Source of the DNA: a virus
Lineage: Duplodnaviria > Caudoviricetes
Virus record (IMG/VR): IMGVR_UViG_3300020045_009723
Span: 1-42,644 of that record
Strand: one strand, 5' to 3'
Length of the DNA: 42,644 bases
Shown here: piece by piece, positions 1 through 8,533 of the stretch
Numbering within the stretch: the stretch's first letter is position 1
How the letters are laid out: every line of letters begins with the position of its first letter
Notes under the pieces: model-generated
What the model saw: the letters and a program-made list of their open reading frames with translations, nothing else
The model's database searches: none
Told to the model about the DNA's origin: nothing
Translations under genes and position numbers: made by a program

Positions 1-121
1 GTTCGGACTTCACGCATCGTCAATAATAGTACCTGAGAATGAATTCTGCTACAAACAGCAGGTTCTTAGTCTATTCTACAAACAGATTCAGGGCGACAAC
101 GTACCAATTGGCTTAAAGCGA
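1..121 (+). repeat. Terminal direct repeat, copy 1 (121 bp, identical to 42524-42644); assembly circularisation overlap
   Basis: GTTCGGACTTCACGCATCG...GGCTTAAAGCGA is present at both ends, and an ORF reads through the junction. Confidence 0.95.
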
Positions 122-652
122 ATATTTGAAGAAGGGCATTCGATTCACCAGAAATGGCAGAGGTTGTTTCTCAGAGGTGGTCTATGCGATATGGATGCCT
201 TAGATGTAAGTCAGTTTAAAAAGAAGTACGACCTTAGTTACACACCTGATGCTGCACCAGTTGAGATCGGCAAGTACGAATATGTAGTTGAGATCAAATC
301 AGTAAATTCATTCCAGTTTCAAAAGATGACGTCGCATCCTTCAGGTGCCAAGCAGCTAAAGTTGTACATGCATCTAGCTGGGTATGAACGTGGCTTTGTT
401 CTATGTGAAGATAAAAACACGCAGAACGTTAAAATATTCGTACATCACTACGTACGTGAAGAAGTACTGGAGTATATTGAAAGATTAGAAGCAATTCAGG
501 AGTACAAGGAAAACCTGATTCAGAACAGTAAAATGGTAAAAGGTATATGTGATTCATCATCATGTAAACGAGCGGTGAAATGTAATATGCGAGATGCATG
601 CTTTAATGTTGGCATCGGAAGGGTGAGGCTTGGTGCTAACCAAAGTTGTTAA
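1..652 (+). CDS. 3' part of the Cas4-like exonuclease
   Basis: Motifs HASS..C, GxxIH, TPD, VVEIKS, QLxxYM and a C-terminal Cys cluster (CDSSSC...C...C) match the Cas4/AddB-type layout. Confidence 0.8.
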   Translation, partial: FGLHASSIIVPENEFCYKQQVLSLFYKQIQGDNVPIGLKRIFEEGHSIHQKWQRLFLRGGLCDMDALDVSQFKKKYDLSYTPDAAPVEIGKYEYVVEIKSVNSFQFQKMTSHPSGAKQLKLYMHLAGYERGFVLCEDKNTQNVKIFVHHYVREEVLEYIERLEAIQEYKENLIQNSKMVKGICDSSSCKRAVKCNMRDACFNVGIGRVRLGANQSC

Positions 653-899
653 TCGCCACTTTGAAAAGTACGACATATATATAGGTAGGGGTACGAAGTG
701 GGGCAACCCTTTTATGATCGGTAAGGATGGCACACGAGAAGAAGTGATCGAGCTCTACCGACAATATGTGTCTAACAACCCAGAGTTGATGGGCGATCTG
801 TGGGAGCTCTACGGAAGATCACTAGGTTGTTCCTGTAAACCAGCACCGTGCCATGGTGATGTATTGGCAGAATTGGCGGAACGGTTTTGTATAAGTTAA
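630..899 (+). CDS. DUF4326 family protein
   Basis: DIYIGRGTKWGNPF...LGCSCKPAPCHGDVL signature. Confidence 0.85.
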   Translation: MVLTKVVNRHFEKYDIYIGRGTKWGNPFMIGKDGTREEVIELYRQYVSNNPELMGDLWELYGRSLGCSCKPAPCHGDVLAELAERFCIS

Positions 900-1441
900 T
901 ATCAGTAGGTATTGATCAGTCATATACTAGATCAGGTATATCAATATCAGCAGATGGCGTATTAAAGAAGGTTACTTCTATACCCTTCAAAGGATGTACC
1001 ACAAAGACAGATAAGAGGCGGGAAATTGCTCAAGTACTTCATAAGGTGCTGACATCGTCTCGCCAGACGTCCACCAGGACAGTCATTATAGTAGAGAGAA
1101 TACGAACATTCAGTGGTAAGGATGCCTTTCTTTCAATGAACTATATTAAGGCTACGGCAGCTTTAATAGCAGTGATCGTAGATGTAGCGGCAGGGTATGA
1201 TGTGCCTGTATTTAGTGTTGATACCAGAGCATGGAAGTCAAAGATAGTAGGTACATCAAAGGGAAGTAAGGAAAGCAATAAGTTGAAAACTATCAAGCAT
1301 GTCAAACGTCTAGGCTTTGACGTATCCAGTAAAAACAAAAAAGGCAATATTGTATATGATGATGATGCAGCAGATAGCGCTTGTATCTCATTGTACGCAT
1401 TTCTCCCCAAGTCGACACGAATGTTAAAACGTGAGCATTAA
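887..1441 (+). CDS. RuvC-like Holliday junction resolvase
   Basis: RNase H-fold acidic residues: GIDQSYTRSG, IIVE, WKS, DDAADS. Confidence 0.75.
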   Translation: MYKLISVGIDQSYTRSGISISADGVLKKVTSIPFKGCTTKTDKRREIAQVLHKVLTSSRQTSTRTVIIVERIRTFSGKDAFLSMNYIKATAALIAVIVDVAAGYDVPVFSVDTRAWKSKIVGTSKGSKESNKLKTIKHVKRLGFDVSSKNKKGNIVYDDDAADSACISLYAFLPKSTRMLKREH

Positions 1442-1538
1442 ATAGACAGTAGATGCCATTTTTACCCCGTATCATAGTATCCTTTAGTTTGGTATATTTA
1501 ACACACGGGAAATACTAAATTTAAAGGAGCGGTATAAA

Positions 1539-1910
1539 ATGGAAACGAACAACAAAAAGAAGTTATTGGTGATTGCACTATGCAGGAAAGATGGAGAAAT
1601 CAAGTTACGCCACAAAACGTTTGACGTGTTGGCAGAAACAAAAACCAAAATGATGATCAGGAACGGAAACAGTAATCCTATTCTTGGTGCAGAGAAGCAA
1701 ATCGTAATTCGCAAATGTGATTTGGATACGATCATTACCACGGGAATGTGCTCGGCTCACGTTTACCTTCTAATGGATACCGAAGAGGTTGACAGAGCTG
1801 CGGTTAGAAAGTGGTATAAGCAGTTAAAGCAACACACAATGCAAAAGCTAGAACGCAAGGTTAAATTCGTTGAATCACTTTACGAAGAAGTTCAAGAGCT
1901 TAGTATATAG
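1539..1910 (+). CDS. Hypothetical protein
   Basis: 123 aa ORF with AAGGAG SD. Confidence 0.75.
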   Translation: METNNKKKLLVIALCRKDGEIKLRHKTFDVLAETKTKMMIRNGNSNPILGAEKQIVIRKCDLDTIITTGMCSAHVYLLMDTEEVDRAAVRKWYKQLKQHTMQKLERKVKFVESLYEEVQELSI

Positions 1911-1959
1911 TATAGTATATATAGTATAATAGCGATTGGTGTGAAAATGAAAATAAACG

Positions 1960-1988
1960 TTTACACACCAATTGCTATTTGATACAAT
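1960..1988 (+). promoter_or_regulatory. SigmaA-type promoter with extended -10
   Basis: TTTACA-N17-TACAAT with TG at -15/-14, preceded by AAATAAACG. Confidence 0.8.
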
Positions 1989-2047
1989 AGGAATGTGGCA
2001 CCCAATGATGCTACTTAGTTCTATAGATTAGAGAGGTGGAAAACCAA

Positions 2048-2839
2048 ATGGCAGTTACATCACAAGAATTCAAAAGCATGCACGAATTCCTGAACTACCT
2101 TAATGAGGCACAAACAAACGACAGATTCTTAGGTTCGCGTTTGGCATCACGTGATACGGACAGAGAATTCTACAAAACGTCAAACTTTCAAGAAGCTGTT
2201 GATTTGGCAAAGAATGGTTGGAATGTGGTGGCGGCACAAATTGAAACTAAACTCAAACTAATGGCAAATCAAGTTGAAACAAAAACAACTACAAGATCGA
2301 GATACGATGTGGCAGGCTTTCAAGCTTCGGTACCGAGATACTTACAGGGCAATCCAATGAGCATGGTGAACCAATCTAAAGCGGTTCAAAAGCAGAAAGT
2401 AATTACTATCGTAAAACACATTGGTTATTTAGGTCACATAAAATCAAATGATATTATTGAGTATTCAACTAGGGCACTTCAGATAGTGAAAAAGGTTGAG
2501 GCACAAGGTTACAGAGTTAACTTAGATATTATTTCCCCAGTAGAAGATCGAAGAGGTAACACAATAATTTGTAGGGTGAGAATAAAAAACGCCTCTGAGA
2601 GATTAAACGTCGCCAAAGTCGCTTTCCCCTTAGTTCACCCGTCAATGCTTCGCAGATTGGTTTTTAGTTTTAGAGAAACACACCCACAAATTACACCAAC
2701 GACGTGGCAAATTACAGATATGGGAATTACAATCCAAAATGTAGATGTGGTGAAAAAACTTCTGAACCCGGGAGAATATTATCTCCACAATGTAATAAAT
2801 GATGTAGACGAAGCAATAAAACAAATGCAGTTGAAGTAG
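2048..2839 (+). CDS. vWA-like partner of the MoxR ATPase (DUF7192-like)
   Basis: YDVAG..VPRYLQGNP..M, G(Y)RVNL and HPSMLRR motifs; lies next to a MoxR AAA gene. Start moved to ATG 2048 from the SD position. Confidence 0.6.
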   Translation: MAVTSQEFKSMHEFLNYLNEAQTNDRFLGSRLASRDTDREFYKTSNFQEAVDLAKNGWNVVAAQIETKLKLMANQVETKTTTRSRYDVAGFQASVPRYLQGNPMSMVNQSKAVQKQKVITIVKHIGYLGHIKSNDIIEYSTRALQIVKKVEAQGYRVNLDIISPVEDRRGNTIICRVRIKNASERLNVAKVAFPLVHPSMLRRLVFSFRETHPQITPTTWQITDMGITIQNVDVVKKLLNPGEYYLHNVINDVDEAIKQMQLK

Positions 2840-2870
2840 AAAACGCAAATAAATTGAAAAACTTTTCAAA

Positions 2871-2893
2871 AGGGGGTATTCGCCCCCTGTTTT
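2871..2893 (+). terminator. Intrinsic terminator-like hairpin overlapping the next promoter
   Basis: AGGGGG-TATTCG-CCCCCT-GTTTT; TGaTATACT extended -10 follows at 2897-2905. Confidence 0.55.
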
Positions 2894-2966
2894 CTATGAT
2901 ATACTATAAATGTGGTGAAACACATGGCCACAAATTAGTTCTAAGATTAGAAAGGCGGAAACAAAC

Positions 2967-4037
2967 ATGGCATCGACAATGATTAGTTCAATCAAAGCAG
3001 CGAAGATTCAGCACATCGAGAAAAGCTGGAAATACGAGGGACACTGCTTCGTACGTACTATTGATGGTAAAGATCACAAACGCAAAATTCACACTTCCAA
3101 GAAACTAACTGGTAAAGCTTTCATTAACTTAGACACTGACGTTTTCAGCTTCACCTGGAACGGCAACAGAGCTGAAGGTATTGAATGGATCGGTAACTAC
3201 AAAACTGGCGAATACAAAACCTTTGAAGAAGTCGTCAAGGCAGCTGAGCTAATCGCTTCCCCGAAAATGGTATTCATTGAAGATACGGACGACGTGGTTA
3301 AACACGAAAAATACATACAAATCAAAACCTGCATTGAAAATGACATTCCGGTATATCTGGTTGGCCCTGCTGGTTCTGGTAAAAACCACACACTTGAACA
3401 GATCGCAGACGAACTCGGACTTGACTTTCACTTCACAAATTCAGTGCAGCAAGAATTCAAACTGACCGGATTCATTGATGCTGGTGGAAAATTCCACGAA
3501 ACAGAATTCTACAAAGCTTTCACAAACGGTGGTTTATTCTTCCTCGACGAGATGGACGCTTCGATACCTGAAGTTCTGGTTCTACTGAACGCGGCGATCG
3601 CCAATAGGTACTTTGAATTTCCGAACGGCAAGGTTGATGCACACGAAGATTTTAGAGTGGTATCTGCAGGAAATACGGTTGGTTCAGGTGCTGACGAACA
3701 GTACACTGGCAGATTGGTGCTAGACCAAGCTACACTTGATAGATTCAGCATTATAGAATTCGACTACAGCGAGAAAATTGAGATTCACCTTGCTAAGGGA
3801 AATGCTGATCTGGTATCCTTCATACGGGACCTGAGATCACAGGCTAAAGAAAAAGGAGTTAGAGCTACATTCTCCTACAGATGCATTTCAATGGTGGTCA
3901 AACTTGAAGGCAAACTAGAATTGACTGACGTAATGCTGATGGCAGTGGTTAAAGGAATGGACAAAGATACAGTAAGAACCTTCCAATCAAACGGTTATAC
4001 CAGATACCACCAAGCACTAAAAGCGGTTCAGGCATAA
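2967..4037 (+). CDS. MoxR/CbbQ-type AAA+ ATPase
   Basis: Walker A GPAGSGKN, Walker B FFLDEMD, HEDFRVVSAGN, LDQATLDRF. Confidence 0.9.
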   Translation: MASTMISSIKAAKIQHIEKSWKYEGHCFVRTIDGKDHKRKIHTSKKLTGKAFINLDTDVFSFTWNGNRAEGIEWIGNYKTGEYKTFEEVVKAAELIASPKMVFIEDTDDVVKHEKYIQIKTCIENDIPVYLVGPAGSGKNHTLEQIADELGLDFHFTNSVQQEFKLTGFIDAGGKFHETEFYKAFTNGGLFFLDEMDASIPEVLVLLNAAIANRYFEFPNGKVDAHEDFRVVSAGNTVGSGADEQYTGRLVLDQATLDRFSIIEFDYSEKIEIHLAKGNADLVSFIRDLRSQAKEKGVRATFSYRCISMVVKLEGKLELTDVMLMAVVKGMDKDTVRTFQSNGYTRYHQALKAVQA

Positions 4038-4073
4038 AGCCTGAGCCCTTTGGCTTTGAGGGAGGTGAATAAA

Positions 4074-4334
4074 ATGGACATAAATAAAATGGACGTAGTC
4101 GCAGTTACTATAGGTGAAAGCGTATGGTCAATGCTTAGGCATGCAGCTTACGTTGCAATTCAGATCGCAAAGGATAAATACAAAGCTGAGAGAGTAAATG
4201 CAATTGTAGCACTTGAGAAAGGCAACACGATTGAAATGAGAAAAGACGTTTTTACAGATCGAATTAAAATGCTTTCAGAAAAGAACAAATGGAAACGCAA
4301 AGGCTTCAAGGTGCACTTTGTGGAGGTGAAATAG
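4074..4334 (+). CDS. Hypothetical protein
   Basis: GGAGGTG SD before ATG 4074. Confidence 0.7.
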   Translation: MDINKMDVVAVTIGESVWSMLRHAAYVAIQIAKDKYKAERVNAIVALEKGNTIEMRKDVFTDRIKMLSEKNKWKRKGFKVHFVEVK

Positions 4335-4658
4335 TTGAAGTTCCAGAATCCGTACTGGGGCAACCAAACAAAGATTGAGCTCCTTCAAAAGTGGCTCATA
4401 ATTCACAGTATTATATATTATGAGTTGAACACCTCAGTGGTCAGCGATGCAATGTATGATCAGAATAGTAACCAATTGATTGAGCTGATCAAAGCTGACA
4501 GGCAGAGCTTCAGGAGCTCACGTTGGTATAGAATCTTCAAGGACTTTGATGGTAGTACAGGCTTTGATCTTTATAGCAAATTATCAAGTAAAGAGCAGAA
4601 CGAGCTGGAACATTTGGCAATGCAAATTGTCAAGTTAAAGGAGGTTAGAGATGGATAA
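4335..4658 (+). CDS. Stand-alone NAD-dependent DNA ligase subdomain Ia-like protein
   Basis: HSIIYYELNTSVVSDAMYD resembles the LigA Ia motif HxxxYY..(P)xxSDxxYD; there is no adenylation domain. Confidence 0.7.
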   Translation: MKFQNPYWGNQTKIELLQKWLIIHSIIYYELNTSVVSDAMYDQNSNQLIELIKADRQSFRSSRWYRIFKDFDGSTGFDLYSKLSSKEQNELEHLAMQIVKLKEVRDG

Positions 4659-4884
4659 AGTATTCAGAAGATATACTTTGTTGGGTATATCAAAACAAAA
4701 CGGGCAACTTGAATGCACCGTGCTCAAAAATGGCAAACCGCATAAGCAATACAAAATAGGCTTTCATGCGTGCTGCCCATGTCAAATGCACTCCAAGACT
4801 TGTGAAGTAATGACACAAAGGGAGAGTGATCAACTTGCCCATGATGGAAACGATAAGCATTCGGTGCAACGTGTGCCAGAGTAG
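4651..4884 (+). CDS. Small Cys/His-rich hypothetical protein
   Basis: AAGGAGG SD; HACCPC..H..C. Confidence 0.6.
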   Translation: MDKVFRRYTLLGISKQNGQLECTVLKNGKPHKQYKIGFHACCPCQMHSKTCEVMTQRESDQLAHDGNDKHSVQRVPE

Positions 4885-5038
4885 AGCATCGCTCAGGATT
4901 CACAAAACGGATACACATATCAAATTAATTAAGGTTTGTTCAGAAGCAAATTGCAGAGCAGGAGACACAACGGAAACGTTTGAAAAATTAGTATTGGAGG
5001 ATACAGGTGATGATCGACATGTTAGCAGACGCTATTGA
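4826..5038 (+). CDS. Small putative zinc-ribbon protein
   Basis: CNVC...CSEANC; start uncertain. Confidence 0.55.
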   Translation: MINLPMMETISIRCNVCQSRASLRIHKTDTHIKLIKVCSEANCRAGDTTETFEKLVLEDTGDDRHVSRRY

Positions 5039-5129
5039 AAATGGTGGTTTAATCATTAGAATACCTGCAGCCTTATTGTTGGTGGAATGTATAGCAATTA
5101 TTGGTTGGTGTTTATCTCAGTGGCTGTAA
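5010..5129 (+). CDS. 39-aa membrane peptide (not in the ORF track)
   Basis: GGAGG SD; MIDMLADAIENGGLIIRIPAALLLVECIAIIGWCLSQWL. Confidence 0.55.
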   Translation: MIDMLADAIENGGLIIRIPAALLLVECIAIIGWCLSQWL

Positions 5130-5587
5130 AACGTTCAGGCAAGTTCTACAGACGAAATGAATCCGAGGTAATGACTTCGCTAGGGTTAAAACCAACTAAA
5201 GGTTCAGGTGCTGGCTGGATTGAAAAAGAAGATGGGCAGAGTGAACATGTAATTGCCCAGCTAAAATCAACCGATGCAAAAAGCATACGAATTAATATGC
5301 TGGACTTGCAGAAACTAGAACACAATGCTTTGGTCAGCCACAAGCTGCCAGTGTTCTTTGTTCAGTTCTTAGAAACGAATGACGTGTATCTATTATGTAG
5401 GCCACTTGATCTACCAGACTTGGCCCAGTACATCCAAACAGGGCGATATGAAGTGACCGATCAAATACTAATAGAAGATGTTAAACATGAAAGGAAAGTA
5501 GCGTTAATCAGTTCAGGAAACAGAGAACAATACCATGCAGAAAGGGAAGAACATTATGCCAGAAATAAAAGTAAAAGCCGTAGGTAA
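5120..5587 (+). CDS. PD-(D/E)xK nuclease, Hjc/resolvase-like (QxK variant)
   Basis: E..GSGAG..KEDG...AQLKST...KLPVFFVQF pattern; start probably GTG 5120. Confidence 0.6.
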   Translation: MAVKRSGKFYRRNESEVMTSLGLKPTKGSGAGWIEKEDGQSEHVIAQLKSTDAKSIRINMLDLQKLEHNALVSHKLPVFFVQFLETNDVYLLCRPLDLPDLAQYIQTGRYEVTDQILIEDVKHERKVALISSGNREQYHAEREEHYARNKSKSRR

Positions 5588-5918
5588 ATACCACGGGCAT
5601 TCAGTTAAACCAAACGGCGCAGTTGATCTTAGCTTTAAACTTCCTTACGACGAACTTACATCAGTAGTTAAAACCCTCCAAATGCTTAACGTGAACATTA
5701 CAATTATGGCAAAGATCGAGGACGACAAACCAATAAAACTAGGAATGCTGATGCTAAAGAACGTTACCATTGATCACGATGGTGAAGCGGTTCTTAAATT
5801 CAATTCGCAGCTTGACTACGTTGAGGCAGACAATATCAACGACTTGGCCAAAACAGAACGATTTACTTTATTAATGAAAGCAGAGATCGAAGCGGAAACA
5901 GAAGCGGATGACGAATAG
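5556..5918 (+). CDS. Hypothetical protein
   Basis: AAAGGGA SD before ATG 5556; acidic C-terminus. Confidence 0.7.
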   Translation: MPEIKVKAVGKYHGHSVKPNGAVDLSFKLPYDELTSVVKTLQMLNVNITIMAKIEDDKPIKLGMLMLKNVTIDHDGEAVLKFNSQLDYVEADNINDLAKTERFTLLMKAEIEAETEADDE

Positions 5919-6156
5919 GATGGCTAACAACTTCGTTCAGCTGTCTAAAGCGAAGATTCAAGAAACAAGATTTGCTGTGACGAGCCAAAACGTTAGAGAC
6001 GGTGGATTCACTATAGCACAGCAATTGGTAGTTAATGAAGGTAAGCGAAGAACGTCGGTGTTTATGAAGGAAGCGATGCACTTAGACTCATTAGAGAACC
6101 TTTACAACCTTAGGGATTCATTAAACGAGGCAATTCAAATAGTCGAAAATAGTTGA
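5908..6156 (+). CDS. Hypothetical protein, possibly PC4/Whirly-like ssDNA-binding fold
   Basis: A pattern of beta strands followed by an amphipathic helix; the fold call is weak. Confidence 0.55.
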   Translation: MTNRMANNFVQLSKAKIQETRFAVTSQNVRDGGFTIAQQLVVNEGKRRTSVFMKEAMHLDSLENLYNLRDSLNEAIQIVENS

Positions 6157-6165
6157 AATAAAACG

Positions 6166-6194
6166 TTTACAGATCATGTATATTATGGTATACT
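6166..6194 (+). promoter_or_regulatory. SigmaA-type promoter with extended -10
   Basis: AAACG-TTTACA-N17(ending TGG)-TATACT. Confidence 0.85.
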
Positions 6195-6252
6195 TATAAC
6201 GTGGTCGCTTTGATCGACCAGAATTAGTCCTAAAGATTAGGGAGGTAGAAAG

Positions 6253-6393
6253 ATGTTTGAGATTGGTAACAAGGTGTATTTCTACGATGAGGAAGGTTAT
6301 ATGGACACCCTTACTGTTCGTGACGAAGAGGACAACGAATATTATACCGATTTGGTAAATAACGGGTGTATCAGGATATTCAAAATTGTATAG
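6253..6393 (+). CDS. 46-aa acidic early protein (not in the ORF track)
   Basis: GGAGGT SD; MFEIGNKVYFYDEEGYMDTLTVRDEEDNEYYTDLVNNGCIRIFKIV. Confidence 0.75.
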   Translation: MFEIGNKVYFYDEEGYMDTLTVRDEEDNEYYTDLVNNGCIRIFKIV

Positions 6394-6489
6394 TGGTTTA
6401 AAGTTACCCAAGGCAAATCAAGCCTTAAAATAAAGTAAAATTAAAAGCTCTACGGAGCGGTGCGAAACGCACAAGAAAGGAAGATTCAA

Positions 6490-7146
6490 ATGGCGAAAAA
6501 ATGGTTAGTAGGCGACGCAGTTCGCGCAATCCAATCCGGAGACAAAGAGGCAGTTCTTGACATCGGCAGACGTTATCCTCTATTCCTAGTAGCAGCGGCT
6601 CCTGGCAATATTCAAGGTTTACTGGAGATCATTGATGCAATCCCCGATTACGTTTCAGCCAGAAAGATTGAATCCGTTTTCCGAGGTGAGGTTGCCGACG
6701 GTGCTGATGGTGATGACGATGAGCCGACCGTGACTCCTGAAAAAACCTCCAAGAAGGAGAAAGAGACTGCTAAGGCCCCTAAAGAGGAAAAGAAAGAAAA
6801 ATCCGGTAAAAAAGCCAAAGCTGATGACGATGACGACGATGAGCCAGCTCCTAAAAAAGGAAAGAAAGACAAGAAAGCGGCCCCTGACTTTGACGAGATG
6901 GACCTTGACGAACTGAAAGAGTACGCTGAGGAACACGAAATTGACCTGAGCGACCTGTCCAAGAAAGAGCTCAAAGACGAAGACGCTGTTCGCGAAGTGG
7001 TAGAAAAAGCTGCAAAGAAAGCTGCCAAAAAAGCAGCTGAAAAGGCTGCTAAAAAATCCAAAGCTGACGACGACGATGAGCCAGCAGCCAAGAAAACTAA
7101 AAAAGGTAAAAAGTCCGATGACGACGACGATGACTGGGACGTCTAA
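6490..7146 (+). CDS. Lys/Asp/Glu-rich low-complexity protein with HeH/Rho-N-like motif; putative DNA-binding protein
   Basis: Globular N-terminus, then K/D tracts, DFDEMDLDELKEYAEEHEID, AAKK repeats, ending DDDDDDWDV. Start ATG 6490 follows AGAAAGGA. Confidence 0.75.
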   Translation: MAKKWLVGDAVRAIQSGDKEAVLDIGRRYPLFLVAAAPGNIQGLLEIIDAIPDYVSARKIESVFRGEVADGADGDDDEPTVTPEKTSKKEKETAKAPKEEKKEKSGKKAKADDDDDDEPAPKKGKKDKKAAPDFDEMDLDELKEYAEEHEIDLSDLSKKELKDEDAVREVVEKAAKKAAKKAAEKAAKKSKADDDDEPAAKKTKKGKKSDDDDDDWDV

Positions 7147-7171
7147 ATAGACTCCGGCACCGATCAATACG

Positions 7172-7203
7172 GGAGGGGCCACAAAAGTGGTCCCTTCCAT
7201 TTT
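7172..7203 (+). terminator. Intrinsic terminator
   Basis: GGAGGGGCCAC-AAAA-GTGGTCCCTTCC-ATTTT. Confidence 0.75.
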
Positions 7204-7229
7204 CGTTATAGAAGGGCGGCTGAGATTAG

Positions 7230-7580
7230 TTGACGCTGAAAGAACTGCTTAGACTCGACATGAGAGTTAAGGAAAACGCAAAGAAACTGCAGAATGCACT
7301 TTTAATACTTCCGTTTTTTGAAGATCGAGAAAAAGTGAACATGTCAGACCTTGAAAAGCTAGTGGCAAAACACGAAGAGAAATACCCAATAATGCTATCG
7401 TACATAATGCCTACTCCTAAAGTTAGTGGTGACCCGAAATACTACTCATTCATGGTGAAAACGTCAGACACACATGAACACGTTGACACAATATATGCTT
7501 TATCAATGTTTGAAGGCTTTGCCAAAGTATTGCTCCTTATGTATTCATGGTCAAAAAAATACAAGGACGGTAAACGATGA
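7230..7580 (+). CDS. Hypothetical protein
   Basis: 116 aa ORF with ATGA overlap to rnhA. Confidence 0.7.
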   Translation: MTLKELLRLDMRVKENAKKLQNALLILPFFEDREKVNMSDLEKLVAKHEEKYPIMLSYIMPTPKVSGDPKYYSFMVKTSDTHEHVDTIYALSMFEGFAKVLLLMYSWSKKYKDGKR

Positions 7581-8026
7581 AAGTAAGAATTTATACAGAC
7601 GGTGCATGTAGCTGCAACCCTGGCCCTGGAGGTTGGGCAGCAATCATTCTACTGCCAAACAAAGTAGTCGCCATTGACGGTAATGATCAACGGACAACCA
7701 ATAACAGAATGGAATTGCAGGCAGTAGTTGAAGGATTACGTTTTGCTAAATCGCTTGGACATGCTAACGTTGACGTTTACTCTGATAGCGCATACGTTGT
7801 AAATGCAGTTGGTAAAGAATGGCTAAAGAAATGGAAAAACAATGGTTGGAAAGCAGCTAGTGGTGAAGACGTTAAGAACAAAGACTTGTGGTTGCAACTG
7901 CTCGGATTGCTTGGAAGGTATATTCGTATCATTAAAGTAAAAGGCCACTCAGGCGATACATTTAATGAAAAAGCAGACATACTCGCAAGAGCTCAGGTTG
8001 ACTTAATCAAAGAGCAAATGTCATAA
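7577..8026 (+). CDS. rnhA: Ribonuclease HI
   Basis: IYTDGACSCNPGPGGW, TTNNRMEL, SDSAY, WKNNGW, VKNKDLW, VKGHSG..NEKADILA. Confidence 0.95.
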   Translation: MKVRIYTDGACSCNPGPGGWAAIILLPNKVVAIDGNDQRTTNNRMELQAVVEGLRFAKSLGHANVDVYSDSAYVVNAVGKEWLKKWKNNGWKAASGEDVKNKDLWLQLLGLLGRYIRIIKVKGHSGDTFNEKADILARAQVDLIKEQMS

Positions 8027-8028
8027 AC

Positions 8029-8057
8029 GTCAGCTCCTGGTTGTCAGCTGGTCAGCT
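8029..8057 (+). repeat. 29-bp intergenic element; inverted copy at 16400-16428
   Basis: GTCAGCTCCTGGTTGTCAGCTGGTCAGCT; 25/29 identical to the reverse complement of 16400-16428. Confidence 0.8.
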
Positions 8058-8110
8058 CCTGAATTTCTCCAAAGGTGAATCTACATTAGAATAGGGGAGA
8101 TATAAAAGAG

Positions 8111-8488
8111 ATGCAATTTACCGTTAAGTATTTTGAAAGGCAGTTTAATGACGAAGTATCAAAACAGGCATATTTGAAAGCTTGCAAATGGCTTGCACAA
8201 CACGTGATCGGCAAAGTTGAAGTTGGAGATTCATTTCATAGAATTACGAAAGTGAAAGATACCGACTTACCAACTTTCAAGTTAGAACTGTTTGCAGCCC
8301 TGGAAAGTGGCAGTCTTAAATCTAAGTTCTGTGAAAGATGCAAATCATTTCATAAATCGTTTTACGTCAACCAAGAGTACAACTGCAATGCATGTAAACT
8401 AGTGGCATTTAACAGTCAGGTTGACGAAAAGCTTTCAATTAAACGTGGTTATAGGGCGGAACGATTAAACTACATAATAGATAAGTGA
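8111..8488 (+). CDS. Hypothetical protein with CxxC...CxxC zinc motif
   Basis: FCERC...CNCNAC-like motif (CERC, CNAC); GGGGAG SD. Confidence 0.7.
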   Translation: MQFTVKYFERQFNDEVSKQAYLKACKWLAQHVIGKVEVGDSFHRITKVKDTDLPTFKLELFAALESGSLKSKFCERCKSFHKSFYVNQEYNCNACKLVAFNSQVDEKLSIKRGYRAERLNYIIDK

Positions 8489-8490
8489 TT

Positions 8491-8511
8491 GGAGGCTAAC
8501 AGCCTCCTTTT
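8491..8511 (+). terminator. Intrinsic terminator
   Basis: GGAGGCT-AAC-AGCCTCC-TTTT. Confidence 0.75.
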
Positions 8512-8533
8512 ACCCAATTAAGAGGAGGACGTT

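Noticed and set aside
1-121. Physical terminal repeat of the virion DNA
   Set aside because: It falls mid-gene and its length is typical of an assembler k-mer overlap; the terminase looks headful-type.
1-652. CRISPR-Cas locus suggested by Cas4
   Set aside because: No cas1/cas2, effector genes or repeat-spacer array seen; the context is recombination genes.
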